Below are positions 18,601 to 26,865 of a stretch of DNA of 43,666 bases, piece by piece. Within the stretch, counting starts at the first letter, position 1. Each line of letters begins with the position of its first letter. The position numbers and the translations under genes were made by a program. The notes beneath the pieces are model-generated. The model searched no databases, was not told the DNA's origin, and was given only the letters and a program-made list of their open reading frames with translations. This DNA comes from Candidatus Moraniibacteriota bacterium (lineage in GTDB: Bacteria; Patescibacteriota; Minisyncoccia; Moranbacterales; GCA-2747515): contig JAOZUJ010000001.1 in the NCBI GenBank assembly GCA_029938745.1, positions 1-43,666 on the forward strand, in the 5' to 3' direction.

Positions 18601-20753
18601 TGTAACTTGTATTGAGGATTATCTGTGCCAATGCCAACGTGTCCAGAATGTTCAATAACAAAACTTTCTTCTCCATTACTACGATTGATAATTGAGAATC
18701 TGCCAGCATCCTGACCAGGTACAATCGCATCTGTAGCTAATGCTCTAAATCCCCATACACCTCCACCATCTGACTCCAAAATAATGTCAGCAGATTTAGG
18801 CTCATAAGGACCTGGCGGAGGATCTGCATTAGCTTTTACATGAAGCGTGGATAAAGGATTATCTGTTCCAATTCCCACACGTCCATATGGCGTAATTCTC
18901 ATCCTTTCTAAATTATCTGTTCCAAAAATAAGTGGATCAGCTTCATAATTACCAATGATCAAGCCATCTGGGCTTGTGTCACCTGGATTCGATGACCCCT
19001 CATCTCCTAAATTTACAATTTCACTATATCCAGCCAAAGTCGGCAATCCCCATCTCGTTCGCGCCCTCTCTGACCCATGAGCCAACATAGATACTCTTGA
19101 TGCATCTGAGATAACGCCCGTACTTGCAAAATTATTTACACCAAATGTTTGTGTCCATATCCGAGCATCCTGAGCCGTAATAGCATTTTTTGATACTTCA
19201 ATATCTGGACGACTTCTGCCATATGTTGGAAATGTCAACTCATGACTCACATCCCAATCACCGTGAAAATATCGTCCTGCATTTTCTAATGATACGTGTG
19301 GATTATTATCAGTGCCAATGCCAATGTTGCCATTGCCTTTAATAACCATACTATTTTTCATGATTCCATCTAAACCCTTTGTGACAAATTCTATACGACC
19401 AGGTATACCGTTTGTAAAATCACTACCATCAACACGCATACGAATTTGTGCTAATCGATTTAAACTATTACCTTCAAAAGCCATTGCATCTAGGGCTGTA
19501 ACTACATCGCCATTGTGTACTGCCAAGGGATTTTCACTAGTTCCTCTATATCGTTGACCTCCAAAGTAACTTCCCATCCATGGTGTATCTGAATGTGAAA
19601 CACCTGTAAAGCCAGAATGTTTACCGTCTAGCGATTGATGTGTAAACCCTCCTATTGATTTGATACGATCCTCTGCGTAAAGACTTATATTGTAATATTC
19701 AAAAGAAGCATCTGTAAAAATATTTAGTGTAGCGGCGTTAATGTACAATTCTGTATCTGACACGATCTTTCTAATTCCATATTCCCTTTCAATTCCCAAA
19801 TCATCTACAACTTTTAGAATTGTTGTTTTAGTTGTAAGTTCCGATAAAAAATGTGTTCCAATGCCAGTAACCTTCGCTGCACTATCTACAGTAATAGTTC
19901 CTGTTCCATTTTTTATATCTGATGGATTAATGTGCAATGATGCTTGCGGACTACTAGTCCCAATCCCTACATTTCCATCCTCAGTAATTCTCACTCTTTC
20001 AACTCCATTTGTTTTGAGGAGTAATGCATAATTATCATTTGTACCTAATTGTGCAATTTGTCCAAATGAATTACCATTTTGTGCAAAAAAATTACCATTA
20101 ACTACATCAGGGATTGGTTTGTTTATCCAACTTGTTCCATCAAAGTACATGATGTCTCCACTTGTTGGATTTTGTGATATTTCTACTCCATCAATATCTG
20201 TCATTGTAATTGTACTGCCTGCATTTCCACAGCTCCAATGATCTTTTTTTGCATTCCAATACAACATCTCGTTATCATTTTCACACTGGATTCTTCCTGA
20301 ACTTGATACTTTTAATCCTCCCTTATTTACTGTGCCAAAAACTGTTTTCGATGGTAATTTACATTCCCACTGATTTCTCCCTTTTTGCCATTGTAATACC
20401 CTGTCATCTTTTGTGCATTTGAGATAATTATCTTCTACTGTGACAGAATTTTCATCATAGAGAAAGTGTGGGGATGTGTTTACTTCTTTTATGTATATTT
20501 TTTGAGTTGTTGTATCTGTATTTTGTGCAATTTGCGTATCTTGTTGTTGTGTTGCATCTTGTTGTACTTGCTCTTGTGCACGTACACGTACATGATCCAT
20601 AAAACCGACCACAATTAATGTGATCACTAATGCAGTTGTGACTGTTTTGAAATGATATTGTTTTTTTATTCTTTGTTTTGTTTTGTATGTTGAACGTTCT
20701 TTATGTAAAAAGTTGGGAGATGCTATTTTCTTTTTATGCATAGGGAGATGCAT
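15639..20753 (-). CDS. giant (1704 aa) membrane-anchored tail-fibre-like surface protein with a peptidase-S74-type intramolecular chaperone module
   Basis: N-terminal basic region plus one TM/signal anchor (VTTALVITLIVVGF). Five G(N/R/H)(V/I)GIGT...L(H/Q)V motifs. About 14 tandem 16-aa GFGxNALxxNTGxxxS repeats. SDTNFKKNITNLNYGLSELMQINPISYNWKD...GFSAQQLQTVIPEVV matches the S74 chaperone-of-endosialidase signature. A coiled-coil region and a terminal beta-rich region follow. Confidence 0.85.
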   Translation of the reverse strand: MHLPMHKKKIASPNFLHKERSTYKTKQRIKKQYHFKTVTTALVITLIVVGFMDHVRVRAQEQVQQDATQQQDTQIAQNTDTTTQKIYIKEVNTSPHFLYDENSVTVEDNYLKCTKDDRVLQWQKGRNQWECKLPSKTVFGTVNKGGLKVSSSGRIQCENDNEMLYWNAKKDHWSCGNAGSTITMTDIDGVEISQNPTSGDIMYFDGTSWINKPIPDVVNGNFFAQNGNSFGQIAQLGTNDNYALLLKTNGVERVRITEDGNVGIGTSSPQASLHINPSDIKNGTGTITVDSAAKVTGIGTHFLSELTTKTTILKVVDDLGIEREYGIRKIVSDTELYINAATLNIFTDASFEYYNISLYAEDRIKSIGGFTHQSLDGKHSGFTGVSHSDTPWMGSYFGGQRYRGTSENPLAVHNGDVVTALDAMAFEGNSLNRLAQIRMRVDGSDFTNGIPGRIEFVTKGLDGIMKNSMVIKGNGNIGIGTDNNPHVSLENAGRYFHGDWDVSHELTFPTYGRSRPDIEVSKNAITAQDARIWTQTFGVNNFASTGVISDASRVSMLAHGSERARTRWGLPTLAGYSEIVNLGDEGSSNPGDTSPDGLIIGNYEADPLIFGTDNLERMRITPYGRVGIGTDNPLSTLHVKANADPPPGPYEPKSADIILESDGGGVWGFRALATDAIVPGQDAGRFSIINRSNGEESFVIEHSGHVGIGTDNPQYKLQVDGDIVPELNNTYNLGTSSLRWQDLYLGPSSLHIGAEHNEGIISYDTTDNYLGFDSDGDSQVEMIINDNGQMFVGSEPPLGFGLIPSASKLAVNDGNLSIHGGDLTVNSTALGYAGSAGTMIHANTISTYATTGPGTQHLRLAPGDAMSSVIIGNVNNPNKELHVAGQIKSESPDGVKDPSYHFENTFTAQQWRIHQDIDEGENLMFRDENLTRLMIENGTGNVGIGTITPNENLQVAGAINLGTTTNTNAGSIRWTGTDFEGHDGSSWVSFTSGGGASAISGLTDGITGTTSVFLGSGAGINDDLTTNSNTAVGINALNTNVSGHENVAFGHNALQSHTSSQSAGFGVNSLQSNTGWGSVGVGYNALQNNTGLYSTGAGYQALRNNTGGAASGFGASALYDNTGLYVSGFGANALSDNTADYVSGFGYNALQSNTGNYASGFGYNALYNNTSQAASGFGSFALMNNASDSASGFGYGALRNNTGNYSSGFGRSSLWYNTGEEVIGLGRGTLLYNQGDDNVAVGDGAFNNFNGTGTPKTFAPSSVNVTTNRITLAGHSFGNAGDYVNLRFTTGGTPPGGLSNNGIYQFKIIDTTTLELAEGNQIGNITSQGSVAHYLEDQNVYTNSTALGYNAEPTASNQMMLGNGSLYEVVPASDATQMLGSGSARWHTVFSANGVMTTSDTNFKKNITNLNYGLSELMQINPISYNWKDSEVGINKKIGFSAQQLQTVIPEVVRENNGVLGVFYSDIIPLTVSAIQEQNITITSNTLKTDANISTLTQLQDSIDTQLTTIAKIFGTQLAENGTMQDNVLQMQQDANNQSNLLDSIDSKVGLMQTQVDTIDELQTSLTDLLIALDEDNLLYTTDEGGLTLAGVLNATKIIADDIETDALTTGKFAVMEDEDSQHIGSVVIKEGTLEISIQTTDVRANSHVFVTVKDADRSIFAHVENIIDGESFVIGLNQESDEDVQVDWWIVDVIKEDKITSVK
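16325..16559 (-). other. peptidase S74-like autoproteolytic chaperone domain inside 15639..20753
   Basis: The Ser codon at 16557-16559 starts the SD(x)3K(x)NI...NPISYNWK...IGFSAQQLQ.VIPEVV pattern known from endosialidase/tail-spike C-terminal chaperone domains. Confidence 0.65.
17020..17670 (-). repeat. in-frame 48-nt (16-aa) tandem repeat block, about 13-14 units
   Basis: ccaaatcc-type unit starts at 17077, 17125, 17173, 17221, 17269, 17317, 17365, 17413, 17461, 17509, 17557 and 17605, exactly 48 nt apart. Confidence 0.85.
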
Positions 20754-20833
20754 TATTTTTTAAGTTTCTTTATTATATCATGTTTTTTTGTTTAGGTAAA
20801 TTTGCTTGAGTAAATTTTATTTATAAATAAATT

Positions 20834-20869
20834 AATGACCCATTTAATGACGTCATTAAATGGGTCATT
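20834..20869. terminator. 36-nt perfect palindrome, terminator downstream of pepA
   Basis: aatgacccatttaatgac / gtcattaaatgggtcatt; T-run on the + side, AT-rich on the - side; core TGACGTCA. Confidence 0.7.
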
Positions 20870-20892
20870 CTTTTTTATGATGACGTGTGTGA

Positions 20893-22284
20893 CTATTTCT
20901 CCAACAAATCTACTAATAGTCGTACAGGAGAACCTTTTGCTCCTTTTGCAAGTTGCTCATCAAAAACTGCCGTCATTGTTGGTGCAATGTCGATATGCAT
21001 CCATTGTTTGTGATCTTTTACAAAATGCTTGAGAAACATTGCAGCTGTAATCGCGCCACCGATTCCAGGCTGTCCTTTTGTGCGAATATTAGAAATATCT
21101 CCATATGTTCCTGCAATCTCTGCACTGTATTCATCCCACAATGGCAACCGCCATGCATAATCACCTGTTTTTTCTGCACTCTTAAGAGTTTGCTGTGCTA
21201 ATTCATCATCGTCTGTAAAAATTGCACTTGCACGCTCACCAAGCGCAACAAGAGCTGCTCCTGTGAGTGTTGCCACATCAATTACTTGTGTTGGTTTGTA
21301 CATTTTTGCGTATGTGAGTGCATCTGCAAGAATGAGTCGCCCTTCTGCATCAGTGTGTCCCACTTCCACATGTGTCCCATCCATCATCGTCACAATATCA
21401 CCTGGACGATAGCTGTGCCCACTTGCCATATTTTCTACTACTGGAATCAGTGCGACAATATTTTTTTTGGTTTTTAACTTTGCCACTGTTAGCATCGTCG
21501 CAATTACTGCCGCACCACCACTCATGTCCATCATCATCTCTAACCCAAATGGATGTGGTTTTGTATCAATGCCACCACTATCAAACGTTACACCCTTTCC
21601 CACAAGTACTGTTGGTTTTTTATTTGGTGCTGTTCCTATATATTCCAAGATCATAAACCGTGACTGATTTGCACTTCCTTGTCCAACAGATAACACACCA
21701 TTCATTTTTTTACGTCGCATTTGTTTTTCATCCATAACACGCATTTTAATCTTTGTGCCCTTTATTGCTTTGCGTGTTGTTGCTACAAGCTGTGCTGGTG
21801 TCATATCACATCCAGGTGTATTTGCAAGATCACGACAAAAATTTACTTGTGTCGCAATTGTGACGCCCTTACGGACATCTTGTCTTTTTAATGTTTTGTC
21901 AGTTTTATTTACAATCACTACAATCTCTCCCACATCACCAAATCCTTCTTTTGGCACAGTTTTATATTTGCGAAATTCATAGTGTGCCATATACGCAGCT
22001 TCTGCAAAAACTTGTCCCAATTCTTTATCTAAATTATCAAAAGATGTCAGATCTTTCCATAAGATCTCAACACGTCCTAAATTATATTTTTTTGCCTCCT
22101 GTACAATTGTGCGTACCAAAATAATCCACTGACGCATCGTCATCTCCTCTTTCTTTGGTACTTTAATTTCTAAAATCTCTCTTTTTCCGTCAATCAAAAA
22201 ACGATTTACTCTTGCTTTTTCATTTAATACTACACACGTACATTTTTTACGTGATAATTTCTTATCGACAACTATGATCTTCAT
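20893..22284 (-). CDS. pepA: leucyl aminopeptidase (M17)
   Basis: VGKGVTFDSGGIDTKP and HTDAEGRLILADAL metal-binding motifs. Confidence 0.9.
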   Translation of the reverse strand: MKIIVVDKKLSRKKCTCVVLNEKARVNRFLIDGKREILEIKVPKKEEMTMRQWIILVRTIVQEAKKYNLGRVEILWKDLTSFDNLDKELGQVFAEAAYMAHYEFRKYKTVPKEGFGDVGEIVVIVNKTDKTLKRQDVRKGVTIATQVNFCRDLANTPGCDMTPAQLVATTRKAIKGTKIKMRVMDEKQMRRKKMNGVLSVGQGSANQSRFMILEYIGTAPNKKPTVLVGKGVTFDSGGIDTKPHPFGLEMMMDMSGGAAVIATMLTVAKLKTKKNIVALIPVVENMASGHSYRPGDIVTMMDGTHVEVGHTDAEGRLILADALTYAKMYKPTQVIDVATLTGAALVALGERASAIFTDDDELAQQTLKSAEKTGDYAWRLPLWDEYSAEIAGTYGDISNIRTKGQPGIGGAITAAMFLKHFVKDHKQWMHIDIAPTMTAVFDEQLAKGAKGSPVRLLVDLLEK

Positions 22285-22295
22285 AATATTTTTTA

Positions 22296-22652
22296 TTAAT
22301 TAGTGAGTTGTTTCGAATTATCATTTTTTTTATCTTGTTTTTCCCTTTTACGTTTTCGTATAAAATAATACAAAATTGCACCAAAAAAACTTAACAAAAT
22401 AATAATCAAGATCCATACCAATAGATCATTATCTTTTTCATTTTTAATCGCATCAACCAACATCCATACCCAAAAAGCAAGCAGAAGCATCATGAACACA
22501 AAAAACAGCAACATCATCACAAATGGCCATTTTGGCATTTGATCACAGGGGATAGCTTCGCCATTCAATGTGCACTGTGCAAGTGCACTCTGCGCAATAA
22601 GAATAAAACCAGCTAATGACATTAGGAGTGATATAGGTTTTTTCATACACAT
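22296..22652 (-). CDS. small membrane protein with PLD-nuclease-N-terminal-like (PLDc_N) domain
   Basis: Signal-like N-terminus; two helices WVWMLVDAIKNE...LLSFFGAILYYFIRKRK followed by a basic tail. Confidence 0.5.
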   Translation of the reverse strand: MCMKKPISLLMSLAGFILIAQSALAQCTLNGEAIPCDQMPKWPFVMMLLFFVFMMLLLAFWVWMLVDAIKNEKDNDLLVWILIIILLSFFGAILYYFIRKRKREKQDKKNDNSKQLTN

Positions 22653-22716
22653 TATATTAAAAGATTATCTATATAGCTATAGTAATAACTTTACACGTAG
22701 TCTGTCAAATGTAATT

Positions 22717-24120
22717 TTACAAATTTTTTGTAAAAAAGTCTTGCAACTCATCAACACTCACTCTTTCCTGTTCCATCGTATCACGATCACGTACTGTTAC
22801 TTCACCAGTTTCAAGTGTATCAAAATCAACTGTTACACAGTACGGTGTACCAATCTCATCTTGACGACGATACCGTTTTCCGACATTTCCATTATCGTCA
22901 AACTCACACATGTACTGCATCTTGAGCTCATCATAAATCTCACGTGCTTTCTCCACAAGCTTTGGCTTGTTTTTGAGCAGTGGAAATACAGCAATCTTAA
23001 TTGGTGAGAGTTGTTTTGGTAACTTCAAAACTGTACGTGACTTATCATCACCTAGATCCTCTTCTACATATGCTTCCGTGAGAACAGCAAGAAATGTCCG
23101 ATCTACACCAACAGACGTCTCTACAATATGTGGCACATATACTTCATTTGTTTTTGGATCACGGTATTCTAATTTTTTACCAGAAAACTTTGCATGCTGT
23201 GTAAGATCATAATCACCACGCGCATGAATTCCTTCCAATTCTTTAAAACCAAATGGAAACCTATATTCAATATCCCATGCAGCTTTTGCATAAAAGACGA
23301 GATTTTCATGTTCATGCCATTTAAGATTTTCTTCTTTAATACCAAGGTCAAGATAATATTGCCACCGTCTTTCACGCCACTTCTCATACATATCCATTGC
23401 ATCATCTGGATGAACGAACATTTGCATTTCCATTTGTTCAAATTCCCTTTTACGAAAAATAAATTGACGTGCCGTAATTTCATTGCGAAATGCTTTTCCA
23501 ACTTGTGCGATACCAAATGGCACTTTTACACGCGTTGAGTCAAGTACATTTTTATAATTCACATAAATACCCTGACATGTCTCCCCACGCAAATACGTTG
23601 GCTCTTTATCCCAATCACCTGTAAAATTTCCAAGATTTGACTGTACGAGTAAATTGAAATTCTTTGCCTGAGAAAAGTCACTACCACCACATTTTGGACA
23701 TCGTAACTTTTCTTTATTTTCAACCAAAAGACCATTGATCTCTTCTTCTGTCATTTTTTCATCCGCAAACACTCCAGCATCTTCCAATAAATGATCAACT
23801 CGCACTCGCGAATGACACTTCTTACATTCAGAAAGTGGATCACTGAAACCACCTACATGACCAGAAGCTTCCCATATTTTTGGACTCATAAAAATACTAC
23901 TATCAAGTCCCACAATATTATCGTTTTGCTGTACCATTGCTTTCCACCACGCTTCACGAATGTTTTTTGCTAATTCTGCACCATATGGTCCATAATCATA
24001 TACTGCACCGAAACCTCCATAGATTTCGCTCGAAGGAAACACAAAGCCTCGACGCTTTGCAAAACCTACGATCTTTTCCATTTCAACTACTTCAGGAGTA
24101 GTTTTTTTCTTGTCACCCAT
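22717..24120 (-). CDS. glyQS: glycine--tRNA ligase, alpha2 (GlyQS) type
   Basis: 467 aa class II aaRS; FRNEITARQFIFRKREFEQMEMQMF (motif 2 region), ETSVGVDRTFLA (motif 3 region), C-terminal anticodon-binding domain. Confidence 0.95.
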   Translation of the reverse strand: MGDKKKTTPEVVEMEKIVGFAKRRGFVFPSSEIYGGFGAVYDYGPYGAELAKNIREAWWKAMVQQNDNIVGLDSSIFMSPKIWEASGHVGGFSDPLSECKKCHSRVRVDHLLEDAGVFADEKMTEEEINGLLVENKEKLRCPKCGGSDFSQAKNFNLLVQSNLGNFTGDWDKEPTYLRGETCQGIYVNYKNVLDSTRVKVPFGIAQVGKAFRNEITARQFIFRKREFEQMEMQMFVHPDDAMDMYEKWRERRWQYYLDLGIKEENLKWHEHENLVFYAKAAWDIEYRFPFGFKELEGIHARGDYDLTQHAKFSGKKLEYRDPKTNEVYVPHIVETSVGVDRTFLAVLTEAYVEEDLGDDKSRTVLKLPKQLSPIKIAVFPLLKNKPKLVEKAREIYDELKMQYMCEFDDNGNVGKRYRRQDEIGTPYCVTVDFDTLETGEVTVRDRDTMEQERVSVDELQDFFTKNL

Positions 24121-24152
24121 AATATTTTTATAATTAATAAATTAATACTTCA

Positions 24153-24352
24153 TACAAATTAAAAACTCATCCCGACAATTCCAAAATACTACTCTTGAAA
24201 TTATCAGGACGAGTTTCATGTCTTAACCTCCGTCGCTCTATCGAGCTATGGCGATTGATACCCGCGGTTCCACCTGTATTCTTGTATAAAAATATATACA
24301 AACACTTTATCATATTGTACGATCCTCTAGGTGTTCCACCACCTACAGTGCT
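24153..24352 (-). promoter_or_regulatory. probable glycine T-box riboswitch leader with terminator/antiterminator
   Basis: Minus strand reads acaGGUGGAACCGCGGG (+ 24261-24276), matching the T-box core GGUGGNACCGCG with a UGGA bulge, where A matches discriminator U73 of tRNA-Gly. Antiterminator: CAGG/CCUG plus GCGGG/CUCGU. Competing terminator: AAACUCGUCCUGAU (24203-24216) with GUCGGGAUGAGUUU (24163-24176) plus a U-tract. Stem III-like hairpin uuguaua/uauacaa. Upstream hairpin UAGGUG-GUGGAA-CACCUA (24328-24345). Confidence 0.6.
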
Positions 24353-24358
24353 GCAACA

Positions 24359-24387
24359 AATATACCACCCACAAAAATCATTGTCAA
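24359..24387 (-). promoter_or_regulatory. sigma70-type promoter driving the glyQS leader
   Basis: Minus strand TTGACA (24382-24387), 17 nt, TATATT (24359-24364). Confidence 0.6.
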
Positions 24388-24403
24388 CTCAAAACTTACA
24401 TAT

Positions 24404-24438
24404 AAACAAAACTCTACAATAATTGTAGAGTTTTGTTT
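24404..24438. terminator. terminator downstream of hup
   Basis: Palindrome aaacaaaactctacaat / aattgtagagttttgttt with flanking T-run. Confidence 0.65.
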
Positions 24439-24483
24439 CCATCTTTTTGAGTCATTCGAAAAAATGGCCTTTGTATAAATTCT

Positions 24484-24768
24484 TTACGCTTTTATTGCAT
24501 CTTTCAAAGACTTTCCAGCCTTAAACTTTGGTACAGTTGTTGCAGCGATTTGAATTCTTTCTCCAGTCTTTGGATTTACGCCCATTCGCGCAGCACGGTC
24601 AGATGTTGAAAATGTTCCAAATCCTGTAAAAGCTACTTCATTTCGTCCTTGCAATTGTGTTGTTACCTCATCGAGGAATGCTTCTAGAAAACGTTCTGTG
24701 TCAGCTTTTGTCATATCAGTCTTTGAAGCAACTGCTTCTACGAACATACTTTTATTTACTTTTGCCAT
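24484..24768 (-). CDS. hup: HU-family DNA-binding protein
   Basis: FGTFSTSDRAARMGVNPKTGERIQIAATTVPKFKAGKSLKDA arm motif. ATG at 24768 (MAKVNKS...) is preferred to the GTG at 24780 given RBS spacing. Confidence 0.9.
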   Translation of the reverse strand: MAKVNKSMFVEAVASKTDMTKADTERFLEAFLDEVTTQLQGRNEVAFTGFGTFSTSDRAARMGVNPKTGERIQIAATTVPKFKAGKSLKDAIKA

Positions 24769-24941
24769 TATAGTTTTCACCGTCCTTTCTATATTAAAAT
24801 TTTACTTACTTATTTTGTAATGCACTTATTCTACTACTTTTTGTGTAGATAAGGCAAGTCTGTTATTCACAGCCTTATACATATGATGCTGGTAAGTGTC
24901 TTTTTTGTCAACAACACTCTTGAATAATCTACCAAAATAAA

Positions 24942-24972
24942 AGCTGAAAGTTTCATAAAAAAACTTTCAGCT
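24942..24972. terminator. terminator downstream of rny
   Basis: 12-bp stem agctgaaagttt / aaactttcagct, 7-nt loop, T-runs on both sides. Confidence 0.7.
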
Positions 24973-25004
24973 TTATATTTTTTTCTCAAAAATTTCTTGC
25001 TAGG

Positions 25005-26534
25005 TTAGCGTGCATATTCAATAGAACGTGTCTCTCGCAAAAGATTAATTTTAATTTCTCCTGGGTATTTCAATTCTTCTTCAATTTTATCCGCAATATC
25101 TCGTGCAAGTTTTGCAGATGCAAGATCATCTATTTCTTCTGCTCGCACAAAGACACGAATTTCACGACCAGCTTGAATTGCATAACACTTTTCTACTCCA
25201 TCAAAGTTCCCTGTCAATGTTTCAAGCTCCTCAAGTCGCTTGAGATAATTTTCCACTGTATCCTTACGTGCACCTGGTCTTGCAGCCGATAGTGCATCTG
25301 CAGCAGTGATAATATATGACTCTGGTGAAGAATATGGATATTCCTCGTGATGTGATTTCATTGCGTCAATGACATTTGGATCAATATTAAACTTCTCCAA
25401 TATCTTAATACCAATCTCCACATGTGTCCCCTGCACCTCGTGGTCAACAGCTTTTCCGATATCATGCAAAAGCCCTGCCATCTTTGCAACTTTTACATCA
25501 CATCCAAGTTCTGTTGCAAGTGCACCTGAAAGATAAGACACTTCCAAAGAATGTAACAATACATTTTGTTTGAAACTTGTACGATAACGTAATCGCCCAA
25601 GCATATATAATAATTTTGGATTGAGTCCTGCTATACCAACTTCGTATGCAGCAGCATCTCCTGCCTCACGAATACGATTGTCAATTTCTTTCTCTGCCCA
25701 TCCAACAATTTCTTCAATTTTTGCTGGATGAATACGTCCATCATCAATGAGTTTTTCCAAAGCAATTTTTGCAACTTCTCTACGAACTGGATCAAAAGAT
25801 GACAACACAATAGAATCTGGTGTTTCATCAATAATCACTTCAACACCTGTCATACGTTCAAGCGCACGAATATTCCGACCTTCCTTACCAATGATCTTTC
25901 CTTTGATTTCTTCATTTGGAATAGAAAGTGTTGATGTCATAACTTCTGCAGCATGTGAACGTGAATACTTCTGAATCACGTGTGTCATAATATCACGTGC
26001 TTCTTTTTCTAATTCATCATGTGATTGTCTTTGTAATCGTGTCATTTGTTCTGCAAGCTCATCACGATTTTGTTCTTCTGTTAATTGTATGAGAGCTGTT
26101 TTTGCTTGTGTTTGTGTTAGTTCACTAATACTTTCAAGTCGCGTCAATTCTTCATCGCGCATTTCTTCTACTTTTTGACGTACTTCACGTACCTCATCTG
26201 CCTTTTCTTTTAATGCTTCCTTACTCTGATCAGCTTCTTCTATTTTTTGATCAAGAACATTCTCACGTTTTTCCAAACGTTGTTCTGATGAACGAATTGC
26301 CTGTTTTCGTTCTCGTTCTTCTGTATCAGCTTTGTCTAATATATTTACAGCCTTGTTCTTTGCTTCAAGTACAATGTCTTGTGCTTTTGTTTTTGCTTGA
26401 GTAATAATTTGAGATACTTGTCCTTCTGCCGTTTTTACTTGGTTTTTTGCAATAATTTGACGTGCAATATAACCAGCAATGATACCAACGACGAACGATA
26501 CAAACACCCAAATCAATAGTGTTGATTCGATCAT
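25005..26534 (-). CDS. rny: ribonuclease Y
   Basis: N-terminal TM helix, long charged coiled coil, KH domain (IGKEGRNIRALE), HD domain (LLHDIGKAVDHE). Confidence 0.95.
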   Translation of the reverse strand: MIESTLLIWVFVSFVVGIIAGYIARQIIAKNQVKTAEGQVSQIITQAKTKAQDIVLEAKNKAVNILDKADTEERERKQAIRSSEQRLEKRENVLDQKIEEADQSKEALKEKADEVREVRQKVEEMRDEELTRLESISELTQTQAKTALIQLTEEQNRDELAEQMTRLQRQSHDELEKEARDIMTHVIQKYSRSHAAEVMTSTLSIPNEEIKGKIIGKEGRNIRALERMTGVEVIIDETPDSIVLSSFDPVRREVAKIALEKLIDDGRIHPAKIEEIVGWAEKEIDNRIREAGDAAAYEVGIAGLNPKLLYMLGRLRYRTSFKQNVLLHSLEVSYLSGALATELGCDVKVAKMAGLLHDIGKAVDHEVQGTHVEIGIKILEKFNIDPNVIDAMKSHHEEYPYSSPESYIITAADALSAARPGARKDTVENYLKRLEELETLTGNFDGVEKCYAIQAGREIRVFVRAEEIDDLASAKLARDIADKIEEELKYPGEIKINLLRETRSIEYAR

Positions 26535-26771
26535 AAAAATAATGGATCCACCTGTCGTGTCAGAAAGAGAGACACAAAAATAACCTCGTCAATATTAGTG
26601 ACTTGCGGTCTTTTTGCGTTTGTTTACATGTGATATAAGATAAATCATAAAAAATTGATGATTTAAAATCATTCTACTTGTCTCACTGCGTTTCATCTTT
26701 ACTTGCACAACAGAATTTTCCTTCAAAACGTTAATTAATACTGGTTTGAATCATACTACACATCAAATACT

Positions 26772-26799
26772 TTGTCAAAACTAAAAAGAGTGGTAAAAT
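26772..26799 (+). promoter_or_regulatory. promoter for gpmI with extended -10
   Basis: TTGTCA (26772-26777), 16 nt, TGgTAAAAT (TAAAAT at 26794-26799). Confidence 0.5.
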
Positions 26800-26865
26800 A
26801 TATAAGGATTCTTCCAATATGGTGAGAACTCAATAGCTATACAAAAATAATTATAAATAAAAAAT

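Noticed and set aside
15639-20753. Prophage or phage remnant, suggested by tail-fibre and S74 motifs
   Set aside because: The flanking genes are uvrA and pepA. No integrase, capsid, portal, terminase, lysis gene or att-like repeat is visible. The gene has an N-terminal membrane anchor, which fits a cellular surface protein better.
20834-20869. 36-nt perfect palindrome with a TGACGTCA core as a possible regulator operator or recombination site
   Set aside because: Its position directly after the pepA stop, with flanking T/A-rich runs, fits an ordinary strong intrinsic terminator. No second copy is seen in the window.
24195-24422. 75-aa + strand ORF between glyQS and hup
   Set aside because: It lies antisense to the T-box-like leader and the hup terminator, starts with a non-ATG codon, and has no RBS. 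The region is better explained as a structured leader RNA.
26535-26865. 330-nt rny-gpmI divergent spacer as a possible ncRNA locus
   Set aside because: It is explained by two divergent promoter/leader regions, with a gpmI extended -10 promoter at 26772-26799. Only weak local hairpins were seen, with no GC-rich or repeated element.
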